A stretch of DNA of 32,000 nucleotides. Source: Corynebacterium glutamicum ATCC 13032 (GTDB lineage Bacteria > Actinomycetota > Actinomycetes > Mycobacteriales > Mycobacteriaceae). Numbering within the stretch: the stretch's first letter is position 1; the number at the start of each line of letters is the position of its first letter. Below the pieces are notes generated by a model, which did no database searches, was not told the DNA's origin, and was given only the letters and a program-made list of their open reading frames with translations. Positions 1 to 8,666 of the stretch are shown here, piece by piece. The stretch lies in NCBI RefSeq assembly GCF_000011325.1, contig NC_003450.3:960001-992000 (forward strand). Direction: 5' to 3'. A program made the position numbers and the translations under genes.

Positions 1-1060
1 GGCGAAATACAAGGCCCTGCAGGCTGAGAACGCCGCGTTGAAACGGGAAAACGAGTTTTGGGGAAAAGCCAGCGCCTTCTTTGGAAGCCGAAGCACCTGT
101 AGAGGATCTCTCAGCGTTCATCGAGCAAGAGAAGGCGTCGTTTCCCATTACATGGATGTGCAGAAAGTTGGGTGTGTCCAGAGCGTCGTATTACCGGTGG
201 GCCAAGCCTGCGGGTCTGACTCCGACAGCCATAAGGCATTTAGAACTCAGGGCTGAGGTTGCCCAGGAGTTTGAAAAAAGCAACCAGATGGCTGGCAGGG
301 ATCAGCTGACCACGTTGCTCAACCAGCGTGGTGTCAAAGTTTCTACTGGGACTGTGGGATCAATTATGAACGAATGAGGAGTGCGTGTCAGACGAATGCG
401 GGCCTGGAAGAACACCACGGTCAGTGACCCTTTCTGCCCGGACCGAGCATATTAAAAATCATATGCTCGATAGCCACGGGAAACGAGACTTTACCGCTAC
501 CGTGCCTGGGACCAGGCTCGTTGGTGACATTACGTACTTAAAGACGGGTTCCGGGTGGCTGTATGTGGCTACCGTGATCGATTTGGCTACGCGGATGGTG
601 GTGGGGTGGTCTATGGATTCTAATATGCGCACACCGTTGGTGATCAATGCGCTGGCTATGGCGCGTGATCATGGGTGTCTTCATCCTGAAGGCGCAATTT
701 TTCACTCCGATAGAGGATCGCAATACACCTCCGAGCAGTTCCAGACATGGTGCGCCGGCAACAAGATCACCCAATCCATGGGATTGACCGGGGTGTGTTG
801 GGATAACGGAAGTCGCGGAGAATTTTTTCTCACATTTGAAGACCGAAATGTATCACCACTATGATTTTGAGAATCACCTGTCGGACCGAACCGCGGTGAT
901 GGAGTACATCGAGGGGCAGGTCACAACCGGCGCCGCCCGCATAGCAATAACCAGGGGCTCTCACCGGCTAGTGCTTTGACCGCATATCAGCAGCAGTATG
1001 GATTAGCAGCAGCGTAAGAAGAAAAATCAATCAAGCTGTCTCAAAAACTTGACGAGCGCA
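1..1060 (+). mobile_element. IS3-family insertion sequence remnant (left end outside the window; right end approximate)
   Basis: Frame 2 (2-256) reads AKYKALQAENAALKRENEF.GKASAFF, the coiled-coil end typical of IS3 OrfA. Frame 3 (81-377) gives the OrfB N-terminal HTH (ITWMCRKLGVSRASYYRW). Frame 1 (385-~830) gives an rve/DDE core (GDITYLKT...HSDRGSQYTS...CWDN). Frame 2 (833-912) reads HLKTEMYHHYDFENH. Frame 1 (913-1017) reads NRRRPHSNNQGLSPASALTAY. I placed the right end at ...GAGCGCA (1060) because IS3 ends are 5'-TG...CA-3'. The matching left inverted repeat is outside the window, so the boundary is unverified. Confidence 0.75.
2..1017 (+). pseudogene. Degenerate IS3-type transposase (OrfA C-terminus plus OrfB)
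   Basis: There is an in-frame TGA at 375-377. Reading-frame changes are needed near 430-440, 815-832 and 912 to keep the conserved transposase sequence. The OrfA-to-OrfB offset is +1 rather than the canonical programmed -1. No intact transposase can be translated. Confidence 0.75.
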
Positions 1061-1094
1061 GGGTGTCCCACTTCCTAGGAAGTGGGACACCCTG
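1059..1094. repeat. Perfect 36-bp palindrome (18+18, no spacer)
   Basis: CAGGGTGTCCCACTTCCT|AGGAAGTGGGACACCCTG, checked base by base. It begins at the inferred last two bases of the IS. No T-tract follows it. Confidence 0.95.
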
Positions 1095-1266
1095 ATCGGT
1101 ACGTGGGCCGCCGCTGGTCTGGGCCGGAAGCTGCCGGCAATAGCCCTCACCTTTAAATCACGTCGGGAACACCGCCAACTAGGCAGCCGCTTCCTTCCTG
1201 CGCAGTGAAGGCCTCAGCCTGAAAGTGCAGACGACCTCTGGCAACGACGCCACCCCATGTTGAAGT

Positions 1267-1307
1267 TAGTTCAGCAACAGCTGTATAGTTCAGCGCATGC
1301 TGACTAT
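1267..1307. promoter_or_regulatory. Candidate ArsR/SmtB (CmtR) operator: two adjacent imperfect inverted repeats
   Basis: TAGTTCAGC occurs twice (1267-1275 and 1286-1294). Site 1 is TTCAGC-AACA-GCTGTA. Site 2 is ATAGTTCAGC-GCAT-GCTGACTAT, whose arms match apart from a one-base deletion, and it is centred on the cmtR ATG (1297-1299). ArsR/SmtB repressors typically bind imperfect inverted repeats at their own promoters. Confidence 0.35.
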
Positions 1308-1656
1308 TGCTTCTCGTCTAGACGTGATGAACCGGTTGGGTCGGGCCATGGCGGATCCGACTCGTTCCCGCATTCTCCTGGCGCTGCTGGAGGGGCCGGC
1401 CTACCCGGCCGCTCTCGCCCAGGATCTGGAACTGACGCGCTCGAACGTGTCGAACCATCTCGCCTGCCTGAGGGACTGCGGAATTGTTGTTGCCGAACCG
1501 CAGGGGCGACAGACCCGCTACGAGATCGTTGATGCTCATCTGGCGCAGGCGTTGAACGCGTTGCTGGATATCACCCTGGCCGTCGATGACAACGCCGAAT
1601 GCATCGACGCCGGATGCGCCGTACCTGGGTGTGTCACTGGACAGGAGAGTGCGTAG
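1297..1656 (+). CDS. cmtR: ArsR/SmtB-family metalloregulator, CmtR-like (Cd/Pb-sensing type)
   Basis: 119-aa ORF with a winged-HTH core ADPTRSRILLALLEG...LTRSNVSNHLACLRDCGIV. The MLT N-terminus, the CxxxC pair (LACLRDCG) and the C-terminal Cys cluster (ECIDAGCAVPGC) parallel M. tuberculosis CmtR as I remember it. The stop codon overlaps the cadD start. Confidence 0.8.
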   Translation: MLTIASRLDVMNRLGRAMADPTRSRILLALLEGPAYPAALAQDLELTRSNVSNHLACLRDCGIVVAEPQGRQTRYEIVDAHLAQALNALLDITLAVDDNAECIDAGCAVPGCVTGQESA

Positions 1657-2252
1657 TGGCAACCGGTCTACTGTCGGCGATTGGTCTGTTTATCGCCACC
1701 AATATCGACGACATCATCGTGCTCTCGCTGTTTTTTGCCCGCGGGGCGGGGCAAAAAGGGACCACGCTTCGGATTCTGGCTGGTCAGTACCTCGGCTTCA
1801 TGGGCATCCTCGCGGCCGCAGTCCTGGTCACGCTGGGGGCAGGAGCATTCCTACCTGCTGAGGCGATCCCGTACTTCGGACTAATTCCCCTGGCCCTGGG
1901 ACTATGGGCGGCCTGGCAGGCCTGGCGAAGCGATGATGACGACGATGATGATGCGGAGATCGCCGGGAAAAAGGTGGGTGTGCTGACCGTCGCCGGTGTG
2001 ACGTTTGCCAACGGTGGCGACAATATCGGCGTCTACGTCCCGGTCTTCCTCAACGTGGACACTGCCGCCGTCATCATCTACTGCATCGTTTTCCTCGTCC
2101 TGGTGGCAGGCCTGGTCCTGCTGGCAAAGTTCGTGGCCACCCGCCCGCCCATCGCAGAAGTCCTTGAGCGCTGGGAGCACGTGCTGTTCCCGATCGTCCT
2201 GATCGGCCTGGGCATCTTCATCCTCGTCAGCGGCGGCGCCTTCGGCCTCTAA
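1656..2252 (+). CDS. cadD: CadD-family cadmium resistance transporter
   Basis: GTG at 1656 overlaps the cmtR TAG (TAGTG), with GGAGAG at 1644-1649. The product is about 198 aa with multiple hydrophobic helices. Motifs NIDDIIVL and ANGGDNIGVYVPVF look like the CadD family as I recall it. The ORF-track start at 1599 lies inside cmtR and is unlikely. Confidence 0.75.
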   Translation: MATGLLSAIGLFIATNIDDIIVLSLFFARGAGQKGTTLRILAGQYLGFMGILAAAVLVTLGAGAFLPAEAIPYFGLIPLALGLWAAWQAWRSDDDDDDDAEIAGKKVGVLTVAGVTFANGGDNIGVYVPVFLNVDTAAVIIYCIVFLVLVAGLVLLAKFVATRPPIAEVLERWEHVLFPIVLIGLGIFILVSGGAFGL

Positions 2253-2600
2253 TAAGCCCATCCCGAGCGCCCGGGTGGCCTATCCAGGTGTTGCCATCGG
2301 CGTCGACTGAACCGCCATTCGAAGCCGCGGAAAAACCGCCAAACGAAGCTGCAAGTCACAATTTCCGCTGTTTCATTAAGCACCAAACCATTAGTTTTGA
2401 TCCCCGATTGGAATAGCTAATAACCCTATTAAGACAGAGAACGGGCATGCCATGCTGTGGCATCTACAAAGTTCTGTGCTGTGAATGCAAGGTCAGGTCC
2501 GTCTGTTTTTCATTGGGTGTACAAGCTCAATCACTATTCGCATGAAACTTCCTTACTTCGGATAAGCTGGGTTTAGTGCTGATGTGACACGTGTGAAATG

Positions 2601-2648
2601 CAGTTATGTCACAAAGCAGTTATGTCACAAAGCAGTTATGTCACAAAC
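2601..2648 (+). repeat. 3 x 16-bp head-to-tail tandem repeat CAGTTATGTCACAAAG
   Basis: Units lie at 2601-2616, 2617-2632 and 2633-2648. The first two are identical and the third differs only at its last base (C). Each unit contains the 7-bp palindromic core TGTCACA. Confidence 0.95.
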
Positions 2649-2725
2649 TATCGAGTTGCAACGCCATCTTCTTGTTGCCCAACGAAACGGATCTTAACTA
2701 GAAGAGCCAGGTCTTGTTTATTTCG

Positions 2726-2742
2726 GCTACTGATTCAGTAGC
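2726..2742. repeat. 17-bp palindrome GCTACTGA-T-TCAGTAGC upstream of tatD
   Basis: Two perfect 8-bp arms flank one central base, about 58 bp upstream of the GTG at 2800. It is a possible operator, but its function is unknown. Confidence 0.9.
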
Positions 2743-2799
2743 TGCGCTCCGATAGGATTCTTAGTTTTCAGTTCAGTATCTTTGAGCCACGGCTAGAAT

Positions 2800-3642
2800 G
2801 TGAATCCTATGTCTAAGAAGAAGCCTCGCCCCATTCCGGTTCCTGCCCAATTTATCCCTGGTCTCATTGATGCGCATACACATTTGGCATCGTGTGGAGG
2901 AGATCTTGCAGGGTTGGTGGAAAGGGCCAAGGAGGCGGGCGTCGAAAAGCTTTGTACCGTCGGTGATGGTTTGGCTGAGGCCGAGCTTGCGCTGGAGGCC
3001 GCGCAACAGTTTGGCAATGTGTTTGCTGCGTGTGCGATTCATCCGACGAAGGCTGATCAGTTGGATGGGGCTGCGCGTGCGCGGCTGACGCAGATGGCGG
3101 CGGATCCGAATTGTGTGGCCATTGGTGAGACTGGTTTGGATTCGTATTGGATCAAGCACGATCCAGAGGACACGGCGGCGTTGGATGTGCAAGAGGAGGC
3201 GCTGCGCTGGCATATTGATTTGGCAATTAGTGCGGATAAGCCGTTGATGATTCACAATCGTGAGGCGGATGCTGATTTGATGCGAGTGTTGGCGGATGCT
3301 CCACCTCCAAAAGATACGATTCTGCATTGTTTTTCTTCGCCGTTGGACGTGGCGAAGGAAGCGTTGGATCGTGGATATGTGTTGAGTTTTGCGGGCAATG
3401 TGACGTTTAAGCGTAATGAGGAGTTGCGGGAGGCTGCTCGTATTGCGCCGATTTCCCAGATTTTGATTGAAACCGATGCGCCGTATATGACGCCGGAGCC
3501 GTTTCGGGGGAGTAGGAATGAGCCGTCGTTGATTGGTCATACGGCGCTATGCATTGCGGAGGTTCGGGGGATGGCTGTGGAGGATGTTGCGGCGGCTTTG
3601 AATGAGAATTTTGATCGCGTTTATGGGGTCACAAATCTATAA
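2800..3642 (+). CDS. tatD: TatD-family metal-dependent hydrolase/DNase
   Basis: 280-aa ORF with motifs IDAHTHL, GETGLD, IHNREA, HCFSS and ETDAPYM. The start may be GTG 2800 or ATG 2809. Confidence 0.9.
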   Translation: MNPMSKKKPRPIPVPAQFIPGLIDAHTHLASCGGDLAGLVERAKEAGVEKLCTVGDGLAEAELALEAAQQFGNVFAACAIHPTKADQLDGAARARLTQMAADPNCVAIGETGLDSYWIKHDPEDTAALDVQEEALRWHIDLAISADKPLMIHNREADADLMRVLADAPPPKDTILHCFSSPLDVAKEALDRGYVLSFAGNVTFKRNEELREAARIAPISQILIETDAPYMTPEPFRGSRNEPSLIGHTALCIAEVRGMAVEDVAAALNENFDRVYGVTNL

Positions 3643-3812
3643 CGTGAGGTAGCTCACAGTCAATCTGTTGGCCGTGGTCAGCTGTGGGGGTTGTGGTGGG
3701 TGTGACTGAAGTTTATGAAGTTGCACGCCACGGCGTTTTGGTGATGGACGGGGGTAGTTTGTTACCGTATTGTGACTAATTGTTAATTCCCCCGAGAGCG
3801 AAGAAGTTTTAC

Positions 3813-4937
3813 ATGGCGCCCCATCAGAAGTCACGGATCAACCGGATCAACAGCACCCGCTCGGTGCCGTTGCGTTTGGCTACCGGTGGCGTGCTCGCCA
3901 CCTTGCTTATCGGCGGAGTCACCGCTGCAGCTACCAAAAAGGACATCATTGTTGATGTCAACGGCGAGCAGATGTCCCTAGTGACTATGTCCGGCACTGT
4001 TGAAGGTGTGCTGGCGCAAGCTGGTGTGGAACTTGGTGACCAGGACATTGTTTCCCCTTCACTGGATTCATCCATCAGTGATGAAGACACTGTGACTGTT
4101 CGTACTGCCAAGCAGGTGGCGCTCGTGGTGGAAGGTCAAATCCAAAACGTGACCACCACTGCGGTTTCCGTGGAGGACCTCCTGCAGGAAGTCGGTGGCA
4201 TTACCGGTGCTGATGCGGTGGACGCTGATCTTTCAGAGACCATCCCAGAATCTGGTTTGAAGGTGAGTGTTACCAAGCCGAAGATTATTTCCATCAATGA
4301 TGGTGGCAAGGTCACTTACGTTTCTTTGGCAGCTCAGAACGTACAGGAAGCCCTAGAGCTGCGGGATATTGAGCTGGGTGCTCAGGACCGCATTAATGTG
4401 CCTCTGGATCAGCAGCTGAAGAACAACGCTGCGATCCAGATCGACCGCGTTGACAACACCGAAATCACTGAAACTGTGTCTTTCGATGCTGAGCCAACCT
4501 ACGTGGATGATCCAGAAGCTCCAGCTGGCGATGAAACTGTGGTCGAAGAAGGCGCTCCTGGAACCAAGGAAGTTACTCGCACCGTAACAACCGTTAATGG
4601 TCAGGAAGAATCTTCCACGGTGATCAATGAAGTTGAAATCACCGCAGCAAAGCCAGCAACCATTAGCCGTGGCACCAAAACTGTCGCTGCAAACTCCGTG
4701 TGGGATCAGCTGGCACAGTGTGAATCCGGCGGAAACTGGGCAATCAACACAGGTAATGGCTTCTCCGGCGGCCTACAGTTCCACCCACAGACCTGGCTCG
4801 CATACGGTGGTGGAGCTTTCTCCGGTGACGCTTCCGGTGCAAGCCGTGAACAGCAAATCTCCATCGCAGAAAAGGTTCAGGCTGCACAAGGTTGGGGAGC
4901 ATGGCCTGCTTGCACCGCAAGCTTGGGCATCCGATAG
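3813..4937 (+). CDS. rpf2: Resuscitation-promoting factor (RpfB-type: DUF348 repeats, G5 domain, C-terminal Rpf transglycosylase-like domain)
   Basis: The C-terminus reads [32 protein letters not shown]...GWGAWPAC, which is the Rpf domain. It is preceded by a G5-like segment ([21 protein letters not shown]) and three repeated about-50-aa modules. There is an N-terminal TM/signal segment. I chose ATG 3813 (MAPHQK, 374 aa) over TTG 3780. The gene sits in the conserved rpfB-ksgA-ispE order. Confidence 0.9.
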   Translation: MAPHQKSRINRINSTRSVPLRLATGGVLATLLIGGVTAAATKKDIIVDVNGEQMSLVTMSGTVEGVLAQAGVELGDQDIVSPSLDSSISDEDTVTVRTAKQVALVVEGQIQNVTTTAVSVEDLLQEVGGITGADAVDADLSETIPESGLKVSVTKPKIISINDGGKVTYVSLAAQNVQEALELRDIELGAQDRINVPLDQQLKNNAAIQIDRVDNTEITETVSFDAEPTYVDDPEAPAGDETVVEEGAPGTKEVTRTVTTVNGQEESSTVINEVEITAAKPATISRGTKTVAANSVWDQLAQCESGGNWAINTGNGFSGGLQFHPQTWLAYGGGAFSGDASGASREQQISIAEKVQAAQGWGAWPACTASLGIR

Positions 4938-4973
4938 TAGAAATCTGGCATCCAATAGGTAGATTGGGATGCT

Positions 4974-5855
4974 ATGGAAGAACCCTCAGGTGCACAGCTG
5001 CTCGGCCCGGTAGAAATCCGTGCGCTGGCAGAAAAGCTCGACGTCACACCAACTAAGAAGTTGGGGCAGAACTTTGTTCACGATCCCAACACGGTGCGTC
5101 GCATTGTTGCTGCGGCAGAGCTCACCCCAGACGACCACGTGGTGGAAGTTGGCCCTGGTCTGGGCTCTCTGACCCTTGCCCTGGTGGAATCTGCTGCTTC
5201 AGTAACTGCGGTGGAAATTGATCCCCGTTTGGCTGCGGAATTGCCGGAGACTTTTCAGTGGCGCGCGCCGGCCCTTGCTCACAAGTTGAGCATCGTGCTG
5301 AAAGACGCCCTGAAGGTTCAACAATCCGATATGGCTGTTCAACCCACCGCCTTGGTGGCTAACTTGCCGTACAACGTCTCTGTCCCTGTCTTGTTGCACA
5401 TGATGGAGGAGTTTCCCACCATCAACAAGGTGCTTGTCATGGTGCAGGCAGAGGTTGCTGATCGTTTGGCTGCGGATCCAGGATCGAAGATTTATGGTGT
5501 GCCTAGCGTGAAGGCGTCCTTCTACGGTCCAGTTACTCGCGCCGGGTCGATTGGTAAGAATGTCTTTTGGCCAGCTCCAAAGATCGAATCCGGTTTGGTG
5601 AAGATCGTGCGCGAAGACACCGCGTGGAAGCAGGACGATGAGACGCGTAAGAAGGTGTGGCCGATCATTGATGCTGCTTTCTTGCAGCGCCGTAAAACCC
5701 TAAGAGCTGCGCTTTCTGGACACTACGGTTCTGGCCAGGCAGCTGAGGAAGCTTTGCGGGCCGCTGATATTGATCCAACGCTTCGTGGCGAAAAGCTTGA
5801 TGTCACTGACTATGTGCGCCTAGCTGGGGTGTTGCAGCAAAAGGATGAGAAGTGA
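4974..5855 (+). CDS. rsmA: 16S rRNA (adenine1518/1519-N6)-dimethyltransferase
   Basis: 293 aa with motifs [18 protein letters not shown] (SAM-binding site) and NLPYN. Confidence 0.92.
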   Translation: MEEPSGAQLLGPVEIRALAEKLDVTPTKKLGQNFVHDPNTVRRIVAAAELTPDDHVVEVGPGLGSLTLALVESAASVTAVEIDPRLAAELPETFQWRAPALAHKLSIVLKDALKVQQSDMAVQPTALVANLPYNVSVPVLLHMMEEFPTINKVLVMVQAEVADRLAADPGSKIYGVPSVKASFYGPVTRAGSIGKNVFWPAPKIESGLVKIVREDTAWKQDDETRKKVWPIIDAAFLQRRKTLRAALSGHYGSGQAAEEALRAADIDPTLRGEKLDVTDYVRLAGVLQQKDEK

Positions 5856-6787
5856 AAATTACCGCTAAGGCGTGGGCGAAAACCAACCTGCATTTAGGTG
5901 TGGGACCGGCTCACGACGATGGATTTCACGAGCTCATGACGGTGTTTCAAACCATTGATCTGTTTGACACCGTCACCTTAACCACCCTCGATGAGGAGTT
6001 GGTGGAGGAGGGGAGCGTCGTCAAGCAATTATCTGTGACCGGTGCCCGTGGCGTGCCTGAGGACGCCAGCAATCTTGCGTGGCGCGCTGTGGATGCGTTG
6101 GTTAAGCGGCGCGCGGAAAAGACGCCGCTGTCTGCAGTTTCGCTGCATATTTCCAAGGGGATTCCGGTGGCTGGCGGCATGGCTGGCGGCTCTGCGGATG
6201 CGGCTGCGACACTGCGCGCAGTGGATGCCTGGATTGGGCCTTTCGGCGAGGACACATTGCTGGAGGTTGCCGCGGAGCTCGGCTCAGATGTGCCGTTTTG
6301 CCTGCTTGGTGGCACCATGCGCGGTACCGGTCGCGGCGAGCAGCTGGTAGATATGTTGACGCGCGGCAAGCTACATTGGGTGGTGGCCGCGATGGCGCAT
6401 GGCCTGTCCACGCCTGAGGTATTCAAAAAGCATGATGAGCTGAATCCGGAATCGCATATGGATATCAGCGACCTCAGCGCCGCACTTCTCACCGGCAACA
6501 CCGCCGAGGTGGGGCAGTGGCTGCACAATGATCTGACCAGCGCCGCACTCAGTTTGCGCCCTGAACTGCGCAGCGTCCTCCAAGAAGGCATCCGCTCCGG
6601 CGCGCATGCAGGAATTGTCTCCGGCTCCGGCCCGACCACGGTATTCTTGTGCGAATCGGAGCACAAAGCGCAAGACGTTAAAGAGGCGCTAATCGACGCC
6701 GGCCAGGTGTACGCTGCTTACACCGCCACCGGCCCTGCGGCCTCAACCGCCGACCAGCGCGGCGCACACATTTTGACTGTTTCATAA
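5852..6787 (+). CDS. ispE: 4-diphosphocytidyl-2-C-methyl-D-erythritol kinase
   Basis: 311 aa. The GTG start overlaps the rsmA stop (GTGA). Motifs KTNLHLGV and the GHMP kinase motif [15 protein letters not shown] are present. Confidence 0.9.
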   Translation: MKITAKAWAKTNLHLGVGPAHDDGFHELMTVFQTIDLFDTVTLTTLDEELVEEGSVVKQLSVTGARGVPEDASNLAWRAVDALVKRRAEKTPLSAVSLHISKGIPVAGGMAGGSADAAATLRAVDAWIGPFGEDTLLEVAAELGSDVPFCLLGGTMRGTGRGEQLVDMLTRGKLHWVVAAMAHGLSTPEVFKKHDELNPESHMDISDLSAALLTGNTAEVGQWLHNDLTSAALSLRPELRSVLQEGIRSGAHAGIVSGSGPTTVFLCESEHKAQDVKEALIDAGQVYAAYTATGPAASTADQRGAHILTVS

Positions 6788-6827
6788 TAAAGACAAACTT
6801 AAGTATCGGAGTCGAAGAAAAACCACA

Positions 6828-8663
6828 ATGGCCAATCTGATTAATCTCGAGAACGTCTCCAAAACCTGGGGATTAAAAACGCTTCTCGACGGTGTCTCCT
6901 TAGGTGTTCAAACCGGCGACCGCATTGGCGTCGTCGGCCTCAATGGTGGCGGAAAAACCACCCTGCTGGAAGTACTTACTGGCATCGAAAAGCCGGATCA
7001 GGGCCGTGTGTCTCACAACTCTGACCTGCGCATGGCTGTGGTGACGCAGCGTGCTGAACTCAATGATGACGACACCGTCGCTGACGTGGTGCTTGGACCT
7101 TTGGGTTTGGAAGTTTTCGAATGGGCATCAAACGCCACGGTGCGCGACGTCCTCGGTGGCTTGGGCATTGTCGATCTTGGCCTTGACACCAAAGTGGGCA
7201 ACCTTTCCGGTGGCGAGCGCCGACGCACCAACCTGGCCGCCGCGCTGGTTCGCGACCTTGACCTGATCGTGCTCGACGAGCCCACCAACCACCTCGACGT
7301 GGAAGGCGTGCAATGGTTGGCGTCCTACCTGCTGTCACGCCGCATCGCCATTGTTGTGGTCACACACGATCGCTGGTTCCTCGACACAATTGCCACCACC
7401 ACCTGGGAAGTTCACGACGGCGTGGTGGACTCCTACGAAGGCGGCTACAACGACTGGACCTTCGCCCGCGCCGAACGCGCCCGCCAAGCAGATGCCATTG
7501 AGCAGCGCCGTCAAAACCTCGCGCGTAAAGAACTCGCATGGCTGCGCCGCGGTGCACCAGCACGAACCTCAAAGCCTCGATACCGCATCGAAGCCGCCGA
7601 AGCTTTGATCGCAGACGTGCCAGCACCACGCGACAAAGTCGAGCTCATGGCATTTTCCAAGTCCAGGCAAGGCCGCGTTGTCATTGAACTTGAAGACGCC
7701 ACAGTAGCCACCCCTGATGATCGCATCCTGGTAGAAGACCTCACCTGGCGTTTGGCTCCAGGAGAGCGCATCGGTCTTGTCGGCGTCAACGGCTCCGGCA
7801 AAACCACCCTGCTGCGCACCCTTGCCGGCGAGCAGCCACTTCAGGCAGGCAAACGCATCGAAGGCCAAACCGTCAAACTGGGATGGCTCCGCCAGGAACT
7901 CGATGACCTAGACCTCAGCCGCCGACTCATCGACTGCGTTGAAGATGTCGCTTCCTACGTGATGATGGGCGACAAGCAGGTCTCCGCTTCCCAATTGGCA
8001 GAACGCCTCGGATTCTCACCCAAGAGGCAACGCACCCCAGTTGGTGACCTGTCCGGTGGTGAACGCCGCCGACTCCAACTCACCCGCGTGCTCATGGCCG
8101 AACCAAACGTGCTGCTCCTCGACGAGCCCACCAACGACCTGGACATTGACACCCTCCAAGAGCTGGAATCCCTTCTCGACGGATGGCCAGGCACCATGGT
8201 GGTTATCTCCCACGACCGTTACCTCATCGAACGCGTCACCGACTCCACCTGGGCACTCTTCGGCGATGGCAAGCTCACCAACCTGCCAGGCGGAATTGAA
8301 GAGTACCTGCAGCGACGAGCAGCGATGGCCGCGGCCGAAGACAGTGGAGTGCTGAACTTGGGTGCGGCCACGCAGGCTGGAACCTTTTCTGCTGCAACAG
8401 AGCAGGCTGCCACTTCTGTGGAAAGTTCCGGAATTTCTTCCCAAGAACGCCACCGCATCACCAAGGAAATGAACGCCCTGGAGCGCAAAATGGGCAAGCT
8501 TGACCAGCAAATGGACAAGCTTAATCAGCAGCTCGCTGATGCAGCGGAGGCCATGGACACCATAAAGCTCACCGAGCTGGACACCAAGCTCCGCGCAGTG
8601 CAGGAAGAACACGGCGAGCTGGAAATGCAGTGGCTGGAACTCGGCGAGGAAATCGAGGGCTAG
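6828..8663 (+). CDS. ABC-F family ATPase (two ABC cassettes, no membrane domain, Uup-like C-terminal coiled coil)
   Basis: 611 aa. Walker A motifs are GLNGGGKTT and GVNGSGKTT. There are two LSGGERRR signatures. The inter-domain linker reads ELAWLRRGAPARTSKPRYRIE. The C-terminus is heptad-like and rich in K, E and Q. Confidence 0.88.
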   Translation: MANLINLENVSKTWGLKTLLDGVSLGVQTGDRIGVVGLNGGGKTTLLEVLTGIEKPDQGRVSHNSDLRMAVVTQRAELNDDDTVADVVLGPLGLEVFEWASNATVRDVLGGLGIVDLGLDTKVGNLSGGERRRTNLAAALVRDLDLIVLDEPTNHLDVEGVQWLASYLLSRRIAIVVVTHDRWFLDTIATTTWEVHDGVVDSYEGGYNDWTFARAERARQADAIEQRRQNLARKELAWLRRGAPARTSKPRYRIEAAEALIADVPAPRDKVELMAFSKSRQGRVVIELEDATVATPDDRILVEDLTWRLAPGERIGLVGVNGSGKTTLLRTLAGEQPLQAGKRIEGQTVKLGWLRQELDDLDLSRRLIDCVEDVASYVMMGDKQVSASQLAERLGFSPKRQRTPVGDLSGGERRRLQLTRVLMAEPNVLLLDEPTNDLDIDTLQELESLLDGWPGTMVVISHDRYLIERVTDSTWALFGDGKLTNLPGGIEEYLQRRAAMAAAEDSGVLNLGAATQAGTFSAATEQAATSVESSGISSQERHRITKEMNALERKMGKLDQQMDKLNQQLADAAEAMDTIKLTELDTKLRAVQEEHGELEMQWLELGEEIEG

Positions 8664-8666
8664 TTC

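Noticed and set aside
2601-2648. Possibility that the 16-bp repeats are a CRISPR array
   Set aside because: The units are directly adjacent with no spacers, they are far shorter than CRISPR repeats, and no cas genes are nearby.
2773-3540. 255-aa ORF on the minus strand opposite tatD
   Set aside because: It is a shadow ORF. Its product is extremely rich in R, H, Q and L (RRLRRHIRRIGFNQ...) with no recognisable motif, while the plus strand encodes a complete TatD with all conserved motifs.
3644-3665. tRNA-like GGTAGCTCA (D-arm-like) sequence after tatD
   Set aside because: There is no acceptor stem partner, no anticodon arm and no GGTTCGAATCC-type T-arm downstream. It forms only a 5-bp hairpin (GTGAG-GTAG-CTCAC).
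5947-6666. 239-aa minus-strand ORF opposite ispE, with similar antisense ORFs inside the ABC-F, ECH, MMPL and urt genes
   Set aside because: The reasoning is the same. Composition is biased to S, R, P and A, there is no SD sequence or motif, and each fully overlaps a well-supported gene on the other strand.
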